Origin: an uncultured Chloroflexia bacterium
GTDB lineage: Bacteria; Chloroflexota; Limnocylindria; Limnocylindrales; CSP1-4
Direction: 5' to 3'
Length of the DNA: 64,000 nucleotides
Assembly: GCA_963813335.1 (NCBI GenBank)
Contig: CAWEYL010000001.1
Coordinates: 384,001 to 448,000 of the forward strand
The notes under the pieces are model-generated. The model was not told the origin of the DNA. It searched no databases and saw nothing but the letters and a program-made list of their open reading frames with translations. How positions within the stretch are numbered: the stretch's first letter is position 1; every line of letters begins with the position of its first letter. Shown here piece after piece: positions 22,530 to 31,338 of the stretch. A program made the translations under genes and the position numbers.

Positions 22530-22919
22530 TCGTCGCGCCACGACGTGGCGCGACAACGAGGCGATCAGACGGGGCGCCGGCACTGCCGGCGCCCCGTTCC
22601 CATGCCCGGGAATCCGGTGCCGCGGCGCCACGAACGGGACCCTGTCGGGACCATCGTCCTATGGCGATCCGACCCCCGCGGAGGACAGTTCAGGGAGTGC
22701 GGTCGGGTCGCGTTTCGAACGGTCGAGAGCGGTCCGAGCCACGACGCCCGGAGGACCACCCGGACGGAGACCGTGATCGCCGCGGCGCCCCGAACGCGCG
22801 ACCGACACGGTCTCCAGGGATCCGTGGGGACGGGCGGGACAAGGCGCTCGGCTCCCTCCGCCGACGCTCCATCCAGATCCTTGGGAGTGCCCCCTGATGG
22901 ATCCGTTCCAGCAACTTCG

Positions 22920-24212
22920 ATGACCAGGCGACGGACCCCACGCCGCCCGCAGCCGCGCGACCGCGGCGCCCTGCTGGCCTACACGGCCATCACGACCCTG
23001 GCCGGCTTCGCCTCGCTCGTCTGGGCGGCCGCCACCTTCCCGATCGACGAGGCGATCTCCCTCACCGCGGCCGGCGGCCGCGAGGGGATCCTGCTCGGCC
23101 TGATCTTCTGGATCGCGATCGGACTCCTCGGCGGGACGCGCGTCGAGCGCATGCACGGCCACGGCGTCCTCACCTTCCACCTCCCGTTCATCATCGCGGC
23201 CATGGCCGTCGGCGGCCCGACCGCCGGCGCGCTGGTGGCGCTCCTGTCCACGATCGAGCGGCGCGAGCTGCGCGAGGTGCCGTGGTACGGCACGGTGGCC
23301 AACCACGCCCACCTGACCCTGTCCGCGGTCGTCGGCGGTGTCGTCCTGCTGGGGATCGAGCGCTGGCTCGGGGTGCTCCTGCCCGACAAGCCGCAGGCGG
23401 TCGCGCTGATCGCCATCATCGGCGGGGGTGGGCTGATGACCCTGATCGCGATCAGCCTGGCTGCGGGGACCGTGCATCTCCGCGACGGTCTCACGCGCGG
23501 CGAGCTGCTGCGCCTCTACGACACGGCCTACCGGGCGACCGCCGCCACCGAGGTGGTCCTCGGCTGGATCCTCGCCTACACCTATACCGCGCTCGGCTGG
23601 TGGGCGGCGCTCGTCGCGGCGATCCTGGTCCTCGCCGTCTGGCAGAGCCATGACGCCACGACGATCTCGCACCACGACCCGATGACCGGCCTGTTGAACC
23701 GCTCCGGCTTCGACGTCCGGCTGGCCCACGCCATCGACGCCTCGCAGCGCCACGACCGCCTCGGCGCGCTCCTGGCCATCGACCTGGACGGCTTCAAGGC
23801 CATCAACGATCGCAACGGCCACCCGGTCGGCGACGAGGTGCTCCGCGTCGTCGGCGAGCGGCTGCAGGCCTCGATCCGCCTGACCGACGCGGCGGTCCGC
23901 CTCGGCGGCGACGAGTTCGGGGTCCTCCTGGTGGACCTGCCGAACGCCGGGACCGCCAAACGGCTCGCCAAGCGGATCCACGACACCATCGCGAGGCCCA
24001 TGGACGTCGACGGCCGGCCGCTCCAGGTCGGCGCCTCCATCGGCGTCTACCTGATCGAGCGCACGCGCAAGCCCCCCACGACGGGGCTGGTCCACGAGCT
24101 CGCCGACAAGCTGATGTACGAGGCGAAGGTCGCCGGTGGCGGCATCCGCTTCTCGGACCGGGCGGGCGACGCCATGATCGCCGCGAACGAGGAGCTCGCG
24201 ACACTCATCTGA
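22920..24212 (+). CDS. Membrane-bound diguanylate cyclase
   Basis: Multi-TM N-terminus; DPMTGLLNR, DLDGFKAIND, RLTD I-site, GGDEF. Confidence 0.9.
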   Translation: MTRRRTPRRPQPRDRGALLAYTAITTLAGFASLVWAAATFPIDEAISLTAAGGREGILLGLIFWIAIGLLGGTRVERMHGHGVLTFHLPFIIAAMAVGGPTAGALVALLSTIERRELREVPWYGTVANHAHLTLSAVVGGVVLLGIERWLGVLLPDKPQAVALIAIIGGGGLMTLIAISLAAGTVHLRDGLTRGELLRLYDTAYRATAATEVVLGWILAYTYTALGWWAALVAAILVLAVWQSHDATTISHHDPMTGLLNRSGFDVRLAHAIDASQRHDRLGALLAIDLDGFKAINDRNGHPVGDEVLRVVGERLQASIRLTDAAVRLGGDEFGVLLVDLPNAGTAKRLAKRIHDTIARPMDVDGRPLQVGASIGVYLIERTRKPPTTGLVHELADKLMYEAKVAGGGIRFSDRAGDAMIAANEELATLI

Positions 24213-24260
24213 GGGTGCGACCCGTTTGACGGTTCCGGGCGCAGCCGTGACCCTGTCCGG

Positions 24261-25457
24261 GTGCTTCAGCGACTCGCGGTCGCGGTCCTGGCGATCCTCC
24301 TCGTCGGCTGCGGCCCATCCACCCCGACGCCGAGCGGCGATGCCAGTGCGCCCGCGGATACCAGCGCGAGCCCGGATGCCAGCGGATCGGCGAACGGCCC
24401 GACCGACGACCCGAGCGCGCCCGCGACCCCGGTCCCGGCGCCCGGCCACGAGGTCTACGGCTACGTCCCGTACTGGGAGATGGACGGCACCATCGCCGAC
24501 CACCTCTCGAAGACCACGCTGACCACCCTCGCGCTCTTCTCGGTCACGAACCGGCGGGACGGCTCCATCGACGACAGCCAGAACGGCTTCAAGCGGATCA
24601 CCGGCCCCGTCGGCCAGCAGATGATCGCGGAGGCGCACGACCGCAAGGTGCGCGTCGAGGTCGTGTTCACCAGCTTCGGGAAGGCGCGCAACAAGCAGCT
24701 CTTCGGCGGCACGGTCGCGAGCCAGGACAAGGTCATCGCGTCCCTGGTCGCGTTCGCGCACGAGATCGGCGTCGACGGCATCAACGTCGATGTCGAGTCG
24801 ATGGACCAGGAGTTCGTGCCGGCCTACGGCGCGTTCGTGGGCCGGCTGCGGGCCGCGCTGCGCGGGGACACGGGGCGGGGACAGGTATCCGTGGCCACCA
24901 CCGCCCACACCGTCGGGGCGGCGATGGCGGCGGCTGCCGCCGCGGCCGGTGCCGACCGGATCTTCATGATGGGTTACGACTACCACTGGGCGGGCTCCGC
25001 GCCGGGGGCCTCGGCGCCCATGGACCGCCGCGACGGCCAGCCGCAGGACCTGCCCTGGTCGCTCGACCTGTACGCGGCGGCCGGCGTGCCGGTCCAGCGG
25101 ACGATCCTGGGCCTGCCGTTCTACGGCATGTCCTGGCCGGTCACCGGGCCGGAGCTCGGCGACCCGGACACCGGTCGCGGCGACACCTGGATCCCGTCGG
25201 ACCACCTCTCGACGTACGCGGACAGCTCGCTCACGCCGACGCTCGACCCGATCGAGCAGGTGGACTTCTACGCGGTCCCGGACGGCGCGGGCTGGCAGGG
25301 GATCTACGTCGATTCGCCCGCGACCCTCACGCCCAAGCTGGCCCTCGCCGACGCCCGCGGCCTCGCCGGCGCGGGGTTCTGGGCGATCGGCTACGAGCGC
25401 GGTCTCCCGGGCTACGCCGACCTCGTCAAGCGGTTCGCGGACGGCAAGTTGGACTGA
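24261..25457 (+). CDS. Glycoside hydrolase family 18 lipoprotein
   Basis: LVGC lipobox; DGINVDVE, MMGYDYH, LGLPFYG, GAGFWAIGYE. Confidence 0.85.
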   Translation: MLQRLAVAVLAILLVGCGPSTPTPSGDASAPADTSASPDASGSANGPTDDPSAPATPVPAPGHEVYGYVPYWEMDGTIADHLSKTTLTTLALFSVTNRRDGSIDDSQNGFKRITGPVGQQMIAEAHDRKVRVEVVFTSFGKARNKQLFGGTVASQDKVIASLVAFAHEIGVDGINVDVESMDQEFVPAYGAFVGRLRAALRGDTGRGQVSVATTAHTVGAAMAAAAAAAGADRIFMMGYDYHWAGSAPGASAPMDRRDGQPQDLPWSLDLYAAAGVPVQRTILGLPFYGMSWPVTGPELGDPDTGRGDTWIPSDHLSTYADSSLTPTLDPIEQVDFYAVPDGAGWQGIYVDSPATLTPKLALADARGLAGAGFWAIGYERGLPGYADLVKRFADGKLD

Positions 25458-25521
25458 CCCGCCCGGAGGTATCCTCCCGCCGATGGTCGGCCGGTCCCTG
25501 GCCGACCCCGATGGAGGCACG

Positions 25522-25980
25522 ATGAGCGACCTGCCGTACACGCTGGTCAAGTACGCCCACGTCCTGGCCGCGATGGTCTGGGTCGGCGGGGTCTTCTATT
25601 CGCAGGTCCTCGCCGCGCGCGCCGGCCGGTCCGACGACCCCGGCGAGCTGCCGCGGACCGCCCGGGCGATCGGTGCCCTCGGGCTCAAGCTGTTCCTGCC
25701 GACGGCGATCATCCTGTTCGTGGCGGGCTTCACCCTCGTGCTCATGCGCTGGCAGTTCTCGCAGCTCTGGGTCTCCCTCGGGATGGCCACCTGGCTGATC
25801 CTCGTCCTGATCGGCGCGCTGTACCTCGGGCCGAACGGGGCCAAGGTCGGCAAGTTGTTCGCGACCGAGGGCCCGACGTCCGTGGCGGCCCGCGCCGGCC
25901 TGACCCGGATCTTCCTGGTCACCCGGCTCCAGCTCGTCCTGCTCGCATTCGTCGTGTTCCTGATGGTCGCCAAGCCGTAG
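25522..25980 (+). CDS. DUF2269-like membrane protein
   Basis: KYAHVLAAMVWVGG; C-terminal LMVAKP. Confidence 0.75.
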   Translation: MSDLPYTLVKYAHVLAAMVWVGGVFYSQVLAARAGRSDDPGELPRTARAIGALGLKLFLPTAIILFVAGFTLVLMRWQFSQLWVSLGMATWLILVLIGALYLGPNGAKVGKLFATEGPTSVAARAGLTRIFLVTRLQLVLLAFVVFLMVAKP

Positions 25981-26055
25981 CGGATCGGGAGTACCCCACG
26001 GGGGCCGGACTCCTGGGGGATGCCGCGGTGCGGTGCGGGGCTGCACCGTCCGGGC

Positions 26056-26500
26056 ATGAAGTTCGTCCTGCGGATCGGCATCATCCTGCTGTTCGTCGGC
26101 GGCGCATACGTGTTCCGCGACCGGATCAGCGGCGGGGCCGGCGAGCTCAAGGTCGGCGACTGCTTCGACGTCCCGTCGGCGGTGACCGAGACGGTCAAGG
26201 ACGTCCAGCATCACCCCTGCGACGAGCGCCACACCGCCGAGGTCATCCTCGTCACGAAGCACCCCGCGGCCAAGGGCGCGAAGGTGCCGAGCGATGCCGA
26301 CCTGCGGACCTATCTCGCGAACACGTGCGGCGATGCGCTCGACGCGTACGTCGGCACGACGAAGGCCGACCTGTACGACCTCGGGGCGTTCTATCCCGAC
26401 CGACAAGGACTGGGCCGACAACGAGCGGGGCGTGACCTGCTATCTCACGAAGCTCGACGAGTCCCCGATGACGGCCTCGGCCAAGGTCAAGAAGACCTGA
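26056..26500 (+). CDS. Septum-formation-like Cys domain protein (frameshifted)
   Basis: TM, LKVGDCF, PCDERHTAEV, PTDKDW..RGVTC. Confidence 0.7.
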
Positions 26501-26504
26501 CCAC

Positions 26505-27377
26505 TCAGACGAGCGGCGCGACCTCGCGGGCGAACCGCTCGGCGCGCGCGACGACCTCGGCGGCATCGGTCGTCCCGAACGCGAGGGCCAGGTGGGTGAC
26601 ACCGATCGCGGCGAACGCCCGCACCTCGGCCGCGATCTCCTCCGGCGTCCCGCGCATCGAATACGACGTGTCCGCGCTCGGGCCGAAGTCCACGTTGACC
26701 CGCGCGGAGAGCGACGGCATGGGTCGCCCGGCCGCCTCCGCAGCCGCCCGGATCACCGGCAGCCGCTCGGCGTACGCCGCCGGTCCGGTGGAGCTCGAGT
26801 GGTAGCCGTCGCCCAGCTCGCCGACCCGGCGGAGCGCCGGCTCGGCCCGCCCACCGATCACGATCGGCAGCGGGGACTGGACCGGCAGCGGCTCGAACTC
26901 GAAGTCGTCGATCGTGTGGAAGCGGCCGTGGAACGGCTCGCGCGACCCGGACCACAGGTGGCGCCAGAGCCGGATCGTCTCGTCGAGGTAGGCGCCGCGG
27001 ACGCGCAGCCGCTCGCCCATGCCGAGATTGCCGAACTCCGTCGTGTTCCAGCCGATGCCCACGCCGGCCGTCACGCGGCCGGCGCTCAGGTCGTCCAGGG
27101 TGGCCAGCTCCTTCGCCAGCAGCACGGCGTTCCGCTGCGGCACGACGATCACGCTCGTGCCCAGCCGGAGACGCGGATGGCGCGCCCCCACCCAGGCCAG
27201 CACGAGGATCGCCTCGTAGATCCGGCCGTACTCGTCGACGCTCGCGTGGTCGACCAGGACGTGGTCGGTCGTCCAGACGGTCGACCAGCCCAGTCGGTCG
27301 GCGACCTCGGCGCCGGCCTCGATGCCCTCGGCGGAGGCGCCCGCCCGGAAGTTCGGAAGACACAGTCCGTAGTCCAT
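26505..27377 (-). CDS. LLM-class (probably F420-dependent) oxidoreductase
   Basis: VWTTDHV, LGTSV..PQRN..LAKELATLD, GIGWN..EF. Confidence 0.85.
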   Translation of the reverse strand: MDYGLCLPNFRAGASAEGIEAGAEVADRLGWSTVWTTDHVLVDHASVDEYGRIYEAILVLAWVGARHPRLRLGTSVIVVPQRNAVLLAKELATLDDLSAGRVTAGVGIGWNTTEFGNLGMGERLRVRGAYLDETIRLWRHLWSGSREPFHGRFHTIDDFEFEPLPVQSPLPIVIGGRAEPALRRVGELGDGYHSSSTGPAAYAERLPVIRAAAEAAGRPMPSLSARVNVDFGPSADTSYSMRGTPEEIAAEVRAFAAIGVTHLALAFGTTDAAEVVARAERFAREVAPLV

Positions 27378-27452
27378 GCCCGGAATGGTATGCGTCTACA
27401 CTCACCCAAGTCGGGCGCCCGGATGACGGCGCTGACACGAAGCGAGGTCTTG

Positions 27453-27710
27453 ATGGCAAAGCACTCCAAGTACGAGCGTGAGCAGCGACTCGCCGAGACA
27501 GAACGCGTCAAGGAAGTCGAAAGCGCCTGGGTGAAGAGCCTCACGCCGGCGGCCGCCGCGGCCTTCACCGCCTCGGTCCAGGCCGCGCGGGAGCGCCCAC
27601 CGGCCGAGCGCCGGCCCGACATGGCCCCCGGGACCGCGCCGCGGCCGCCCCGTCCCGGCCACGAGCCGAAGCCACCCAAGGACGCGCCTCGCTCGCGACG
27701 GGACTCCTAG
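27453..27710 (+). CDS. Small hypothetical protein
   Basis: GAGG SD; MAKHSKYEREQRLAE; DMAPGTAPRPPRPG. Confidence 0.6.
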   Translation: MAKHSKYEREQRLAETERVKEVESAWVKSLTPAAAAAFTASVQAARERPPAERRPDMAPGTAPRPPRPGHEPKPPKDAPRSRRDS

Positions 27711-27713
27711 GCG

Positions 27714-28088
27714 GTGCGCAAGCGGAAGGTCACCTATCCGGTGGCCCGCACCAGCCGACGGCCTGCCCCCACCGATACCCCTGAAGTCACCTACGTCCGG
27801 CCGAGCGTCGTCGCCATCGACGTGAACGCCCAGAGCGGCCGCGAGGGCATCACCCTGGGCCGCCGCGTCCGGATCATCGGTGGCGGCCTGTACAGCGGCG
27901 AGATCGCCGTCGTCGAATCGATGCCGGGCGGGCTCATCCCCTCGGCGCTCGTCCGCACCGAGGCGGGGCGCACCCGACGCGTCCGCACCATCGACCTCGA
28001 GCCCGTCGGCGAGGGCGCGACCGATCGTCCGGCTGCGAGCACCCCGCCCCCGAAGCCCGAGCCCGAGGCGGACCGCGCCGACGCCTGA
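27714..28088 (+). CDS. KOW-motif-like hypothetical protein
   Basis: GRRVRIIGGGLYSGEIAVV. Confidence 0.6.
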   Translation: MRKRKVTYPVARTSRRPAPTDTPEVTYVRPSVVAIDVNAQSGREGITLGRRVRIIGGGLYSGEIAVVESMPGGLIPSALVRTEAGRTRRVRTIDLEPVGEGATDRPAASTPPPKPEPEADRADA

Positions 28089-28350
28089 CGGTCTGGATCT
28101 CCATCTCGAGCTCGCGTCCGACGCGGAGCTCGACGAGTTGCGCCGCGCGCTGCTCAAGGCGCGGGCCGCCGAGCTCTCGGAGGTCCGCCGCCGCGACGTC
28201 CGCCTGACCGCGGGCTACGGCGATGCCACGAACCGCGCGGTCATGGACGACGAGGCACGGCGGGCGCAGGTCCGCTACGACGCGCTCACGCGACTGCTCG
28301 ACGCGCTCGACCGCGCGGAGTCGACTGCCGGGCACGATCCGACCCGCTGA
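28081..28350 (+). CDS. Hypothetical helical protein (start uncertain, possibly ACG)
   Basis: Coding-like frame LELASDAELDELRRALL; no ATG/GTG/TTG at the expected start. Confidence 0.5.
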   Translation, partial: TPDGLDLHLELASDAELDELRRALLKARAAELSEVRRRDVRLTAGYGDATNRAVMDDEARRAQVRYDALTRLLDALDRAESTAGHDPTR

Positions 28351-28437
28351 GGCCCGCCATTCGCGGCCCGCAGGACGTTCCCGCGCCACAGGACGATGAT
28401 TTCGGTCGTGGGGGCAGTGACGATCGGAGGCCACAAC

Positions 28438-28884
28438 ATGCGCGTCGAGTTCACGCGTCAGCCGCACCCACGGGTCCAGGAGCGCAAGAAGAGCGGGCCG
28501 CCCACGAGAGCCGCCGAGCATGAAGGCGTCAACGGCCGGATCGCGCTGACGCTCACGAACGTCGTCGGCACGATGTGGTGTGCCTACGCCTTCGCGTGCC
28601 TGGCGCTGCTGGTCCTGCCGCAGGCGGTCGGCGGCGGGCTCCTCGCGCTCGTGCAGTGGATCAGCCAGACGTTCATCCAGCTCGTGATGCTCTCGGTGAT
28701 CATGGTCGGCCAGAACATCCTGGGCCGGGCCGCCGACAAGCAGGCGGAGATGACCTACAAGGACGCGGACGCGGCGCTCCACGAGGTCGGCCAGGTCCAG
28801 GACCACCTGCAGATGCAGGACGACGCCATCAATACGCTGCTGGCGAAGGTCGAGCAGCTGGAGGCGTCCCTCGCCAAGGCCTGA
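28438..28884 (+). CDS. DUF1003-like membrane protein
   Basis: GGAGG SD; VGTMWCAY, WISQTFIQLVMLSVIMVGQN, C-terminal coiled coil. Confidence 0.7.
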   Translation: MRVEFTRQPHPRVQERKKSGPPTRAAEHEGVNGRIALTLTNVVGTMWCAYAFACLALLVLPQAVGGGLLALVQWISQTFIQLVMLSVIMVGQNILGRAADKQAEMTYKDADAALHEVGQVQDHLQMQDDAINTLLAKVEQLEASLAKA

Positions 28885-28894
28885 CGCATGGCCG

Positions 28895-28943
28895 GGTCGA
28901 TGACCGCCTGGTCGAGATGGACTTCGGTCCGTACGAGGGCTAG
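28895..28943 (+). pseudogene. Short histidine-phosphatase-like fragment
   Basis: VDDRLVEMDFGPYEG* resembles the L.E.DFG.WEG motif. Confidence 0.35.
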
Positions 28944-28980
28944 TCCGAGGCGGCCCTCGAGGCGGACCCGGGGAGGCGAT

Positions 28981-30521
28981 TCACCTCGCGCCGTCCATCG
29001 CGCCGAAGTCGCGTTGGACGCCCAGCGGGCCGACCTCGATCACGTCTCTCTTCAGGTGCGCGATCCGGATACCGAGCTCGTTCCGCGCCTCGACGATCCG
29101 ATCCCCGGTAGTGGTCGCCGTCAGGATCCGGGCGCCACGACGCCGTGACCGTAGGTCGTCGCGTACTCGAGGACCCAGGCTTCACGGAAGGCCGCCATCC
29201 GTGCGGCCAGACCCGTCCCCGTCGGAGTGCCGAGCACGATGAATTCGTCACCGCCATCGCGGATCGCCATCGACTCCGGGATCCGTGCCAGCGCCTGGGC
29301 GAACGTCCGCAGCACCTCGTCGCCCTTCGCCATGCCGAAGGCGTTGTTGAACGTCCCGAACCCAGCGAGATCGATGAAGGCCACGTCGATCGGACGCTGC
29401 CGCGAGCCCGGGGACGGCCTCGAACAGGCGCTCCAGATCGGCGAAATAGCCGTAGAACGGAAGCCCCGTTCGTCGGTCGCGGTTGGTCACGGCGAGGTGC
29501 GGCCAGGCGAACCGGGCAGAGAACGGCAGTGACGACCGACGCAGCCACGCGAGCACCTCGACCGTCAGCCAGGTCGCCTCGGGACCGCATGCCCGCCACC
29601 AGCCGTCCGGTCGCTGACGGCTCGCGAAGCAAACGGCCGTCGGCGCAGGGTCGAATGCCGGATCGAGCCCCGCAAGCAGCTCGGCTGCCACGAACGTCGT
29701 CAGCTCGTCCGATCCACCGTCGCCATCGCCCCAGCCGCCGTCGTCGCGCTGCTGCGCCCGGACGAATGCGGTCAGGACGCCGGCGAGGTTGGGATGGACT
29801 CCGAGCGCGACCAGCCCGGTCGCGAGTTGGGCACTACCCGAGACGAGCGGCACGTCATGGAACGGGAAGCGTGTCCCGAGCACCCGCCGCCCGCCTTCCG
29901 GGCGGAGGTGGCGTACGACCCTGCGATCGCAGCCGCGAACGGGTACAGCAAGGTCAAGGCCCCCGGTCGGCGGGCCATCGCCCAGAGCGCCCAGGTGTCC
30001 GCCCACGCCCGGAGTTCCTGCACCCAGCCGGCGGCGTCGCGGCGAACCTTGGGGAGCGCCTCGTCGAGGAACGCCCGAGCCAGATCGCCGCTTGCACCCG
30101 ATCTGCGGGCGATATCACTCAGGAGGTCGAGGCTGTCCGTCAGGATGATCGGTGTGAGCAGGCGCTCGATGTCCTCGAGTGGGCGTGCCGCTCGCTCGGC
30201 CCATGCCGTGGCGTCGGCGGTGCGCCATGGTTGCCAGCTCTCGATCGGTCCGATCCACTCGGGGAACGAGCCGGTGAAGCGAGGCGTGATGCCGGGGAAG
30301 CGGGGATAGATGCCCCAGCGGTAGCGGATCGCGCCGGTCTCTCGGGTGACGCCCGGGGCCCAGCGCGACAGGAGATCGCCGGCATCGACATCGAGACCTA
30401 CGTCCCGGCGGCCACGCAGCACGGCAACCGGGAACAGCGGGTCATCATCGGTTCCGGTTCGGGCGATCGCGGCGGACCCGTCGGCGATCGCGCGTTCGAT
30501 CGAGCGTTCGGTCTCGATCAC
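28981..30521 (-). CDS. Prenyltransferase/squalene-cyclase repeat protein with C-terminal divergent GGDEF domain (about 3 frameshifts; start approximate)
   Basis: QQRDDGGWG, RQRPDGWW, DRRTGLP, FIDLAGFGTFNN..GDEVLR, RDGGDEF. Confidence 0.7.
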
Positions 30522-30682
30522 GCCTGGCTCGTCGCGGTCAAGCGGCGCATCCTGCCCCTCCGTCGCACTTCGCCCTGTCGGGCGAATGGTCGCGCGCAGG
30601 GTCCGGTCGGGCGATGACCCGAAAGTCCCGTAGGGGTCAGGCGTACGCTTCCCATGCTCGTCGCTCAAAGGACGGTGGTTGC

Positions 30683-31126
30683 GTGAAATCGAGGCGATGG
30701 GCCCTGGTCCTGCTCGCCACAGTGGTCTTGGTGGTCGGCGCTGCCGTCTGGCTGCTTCCGCCGCAACCACCGGCGCTGCCGGCGACGGCCACGGCACTGG
30801 ACTTGCGCACGCAGCCGTGGCGGCCGTGGCCGTTCGGTAGTTTCGGCTGTGGGCTTGCGGCGCTGACGCCGATCCGGGGCGAGCATGTCGGAAGCGCGAT
30901 GGTCTTCGCGGACGAGGCGAGCGGTACCGTCTTGCCGGTCGTGTGGCCCAGCGGCTATTCGGCACGACTGTTGGACGGGCGGGCCGAGCTGGTGCGGCCG
31001 GACGGGTCCGTCCTTGCCCGCGACGGGGACGTGATCAGCAACCTGGCGTCCGGTGCCGCAGATAACGGCGACCTCCTCGTCTGCCTGGATTCCGCATCGG
31101 CGCCCCTGGTCGAACCGTCACCGTGA
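30683..31126 (+). CDS. Hypothetical membrane-anchored exported protein
   Basis: N-terminal TM; VVWPSGYSAR..ELVRPDGSVLARDGD; two Cys. Confidence 0.6.
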   Translation: MKSRRWALVLLATVVLVVGAAVWLLPPQPPALPATATALDLRTQPWRPWPFGSFGCGLAALTPIRGEHVGSAMVFADEASGTVLPVVWPSGYSARLLDGRAELVRPDGSVLARDGDVISNLASGAADNGDLLVCLDSASAPLVEPSP

Positions 31127-31172
31127 TGAGCGCTTTCCGCCTGCCATCCGACTCGGATACCCCCACCGGGTA

Positions 31173-31249
31173 TTGACAAAGGGGTTGACAAATCCCGGCT
31201 CTTCGGGCATGATTCTCACCAACAGGGCTTGTCAAGACTTGACAGGCCC
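31173..31249 (+). promoter_or_regulatory. dnaG-rpoD promoter with repeated TTGACA and a downstream palindrome
   Basis: TTGACA(31185)-17 bp-CATGAT(31208); extra TTGACAAA at 31173; TGTCAAG-A-CTTGACA at 31230-31244. Confidence 0.65.
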
Positions 31250-31338
31250 ACAGTCATGTCCGGCGCCTGGCGGGGCGGTCGGACGGGTCGATCGGGCGTT
31301 GCGGGGCGGCCGGTCGGATGGGAACCAGGAGGCGCCAT

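Noticed and set aside
22530-22919. Riboswitch or leader peptide before the diguanylate cyclase
   Set aside because: No recognisable consensus and no convincing small ORF
24770-24800. GH18 DGINVDVE as an inactive enzyme
   Set aside because: Catalytic DxE is retained; Asn at this position is a common variant
29121-29384. GGDEF-like segment as a Cas10 palm domain
   Set aside because: Motif is GGDEF with a DxxTGL lead-in, not GGDD, and there are no type III CRISPR genes
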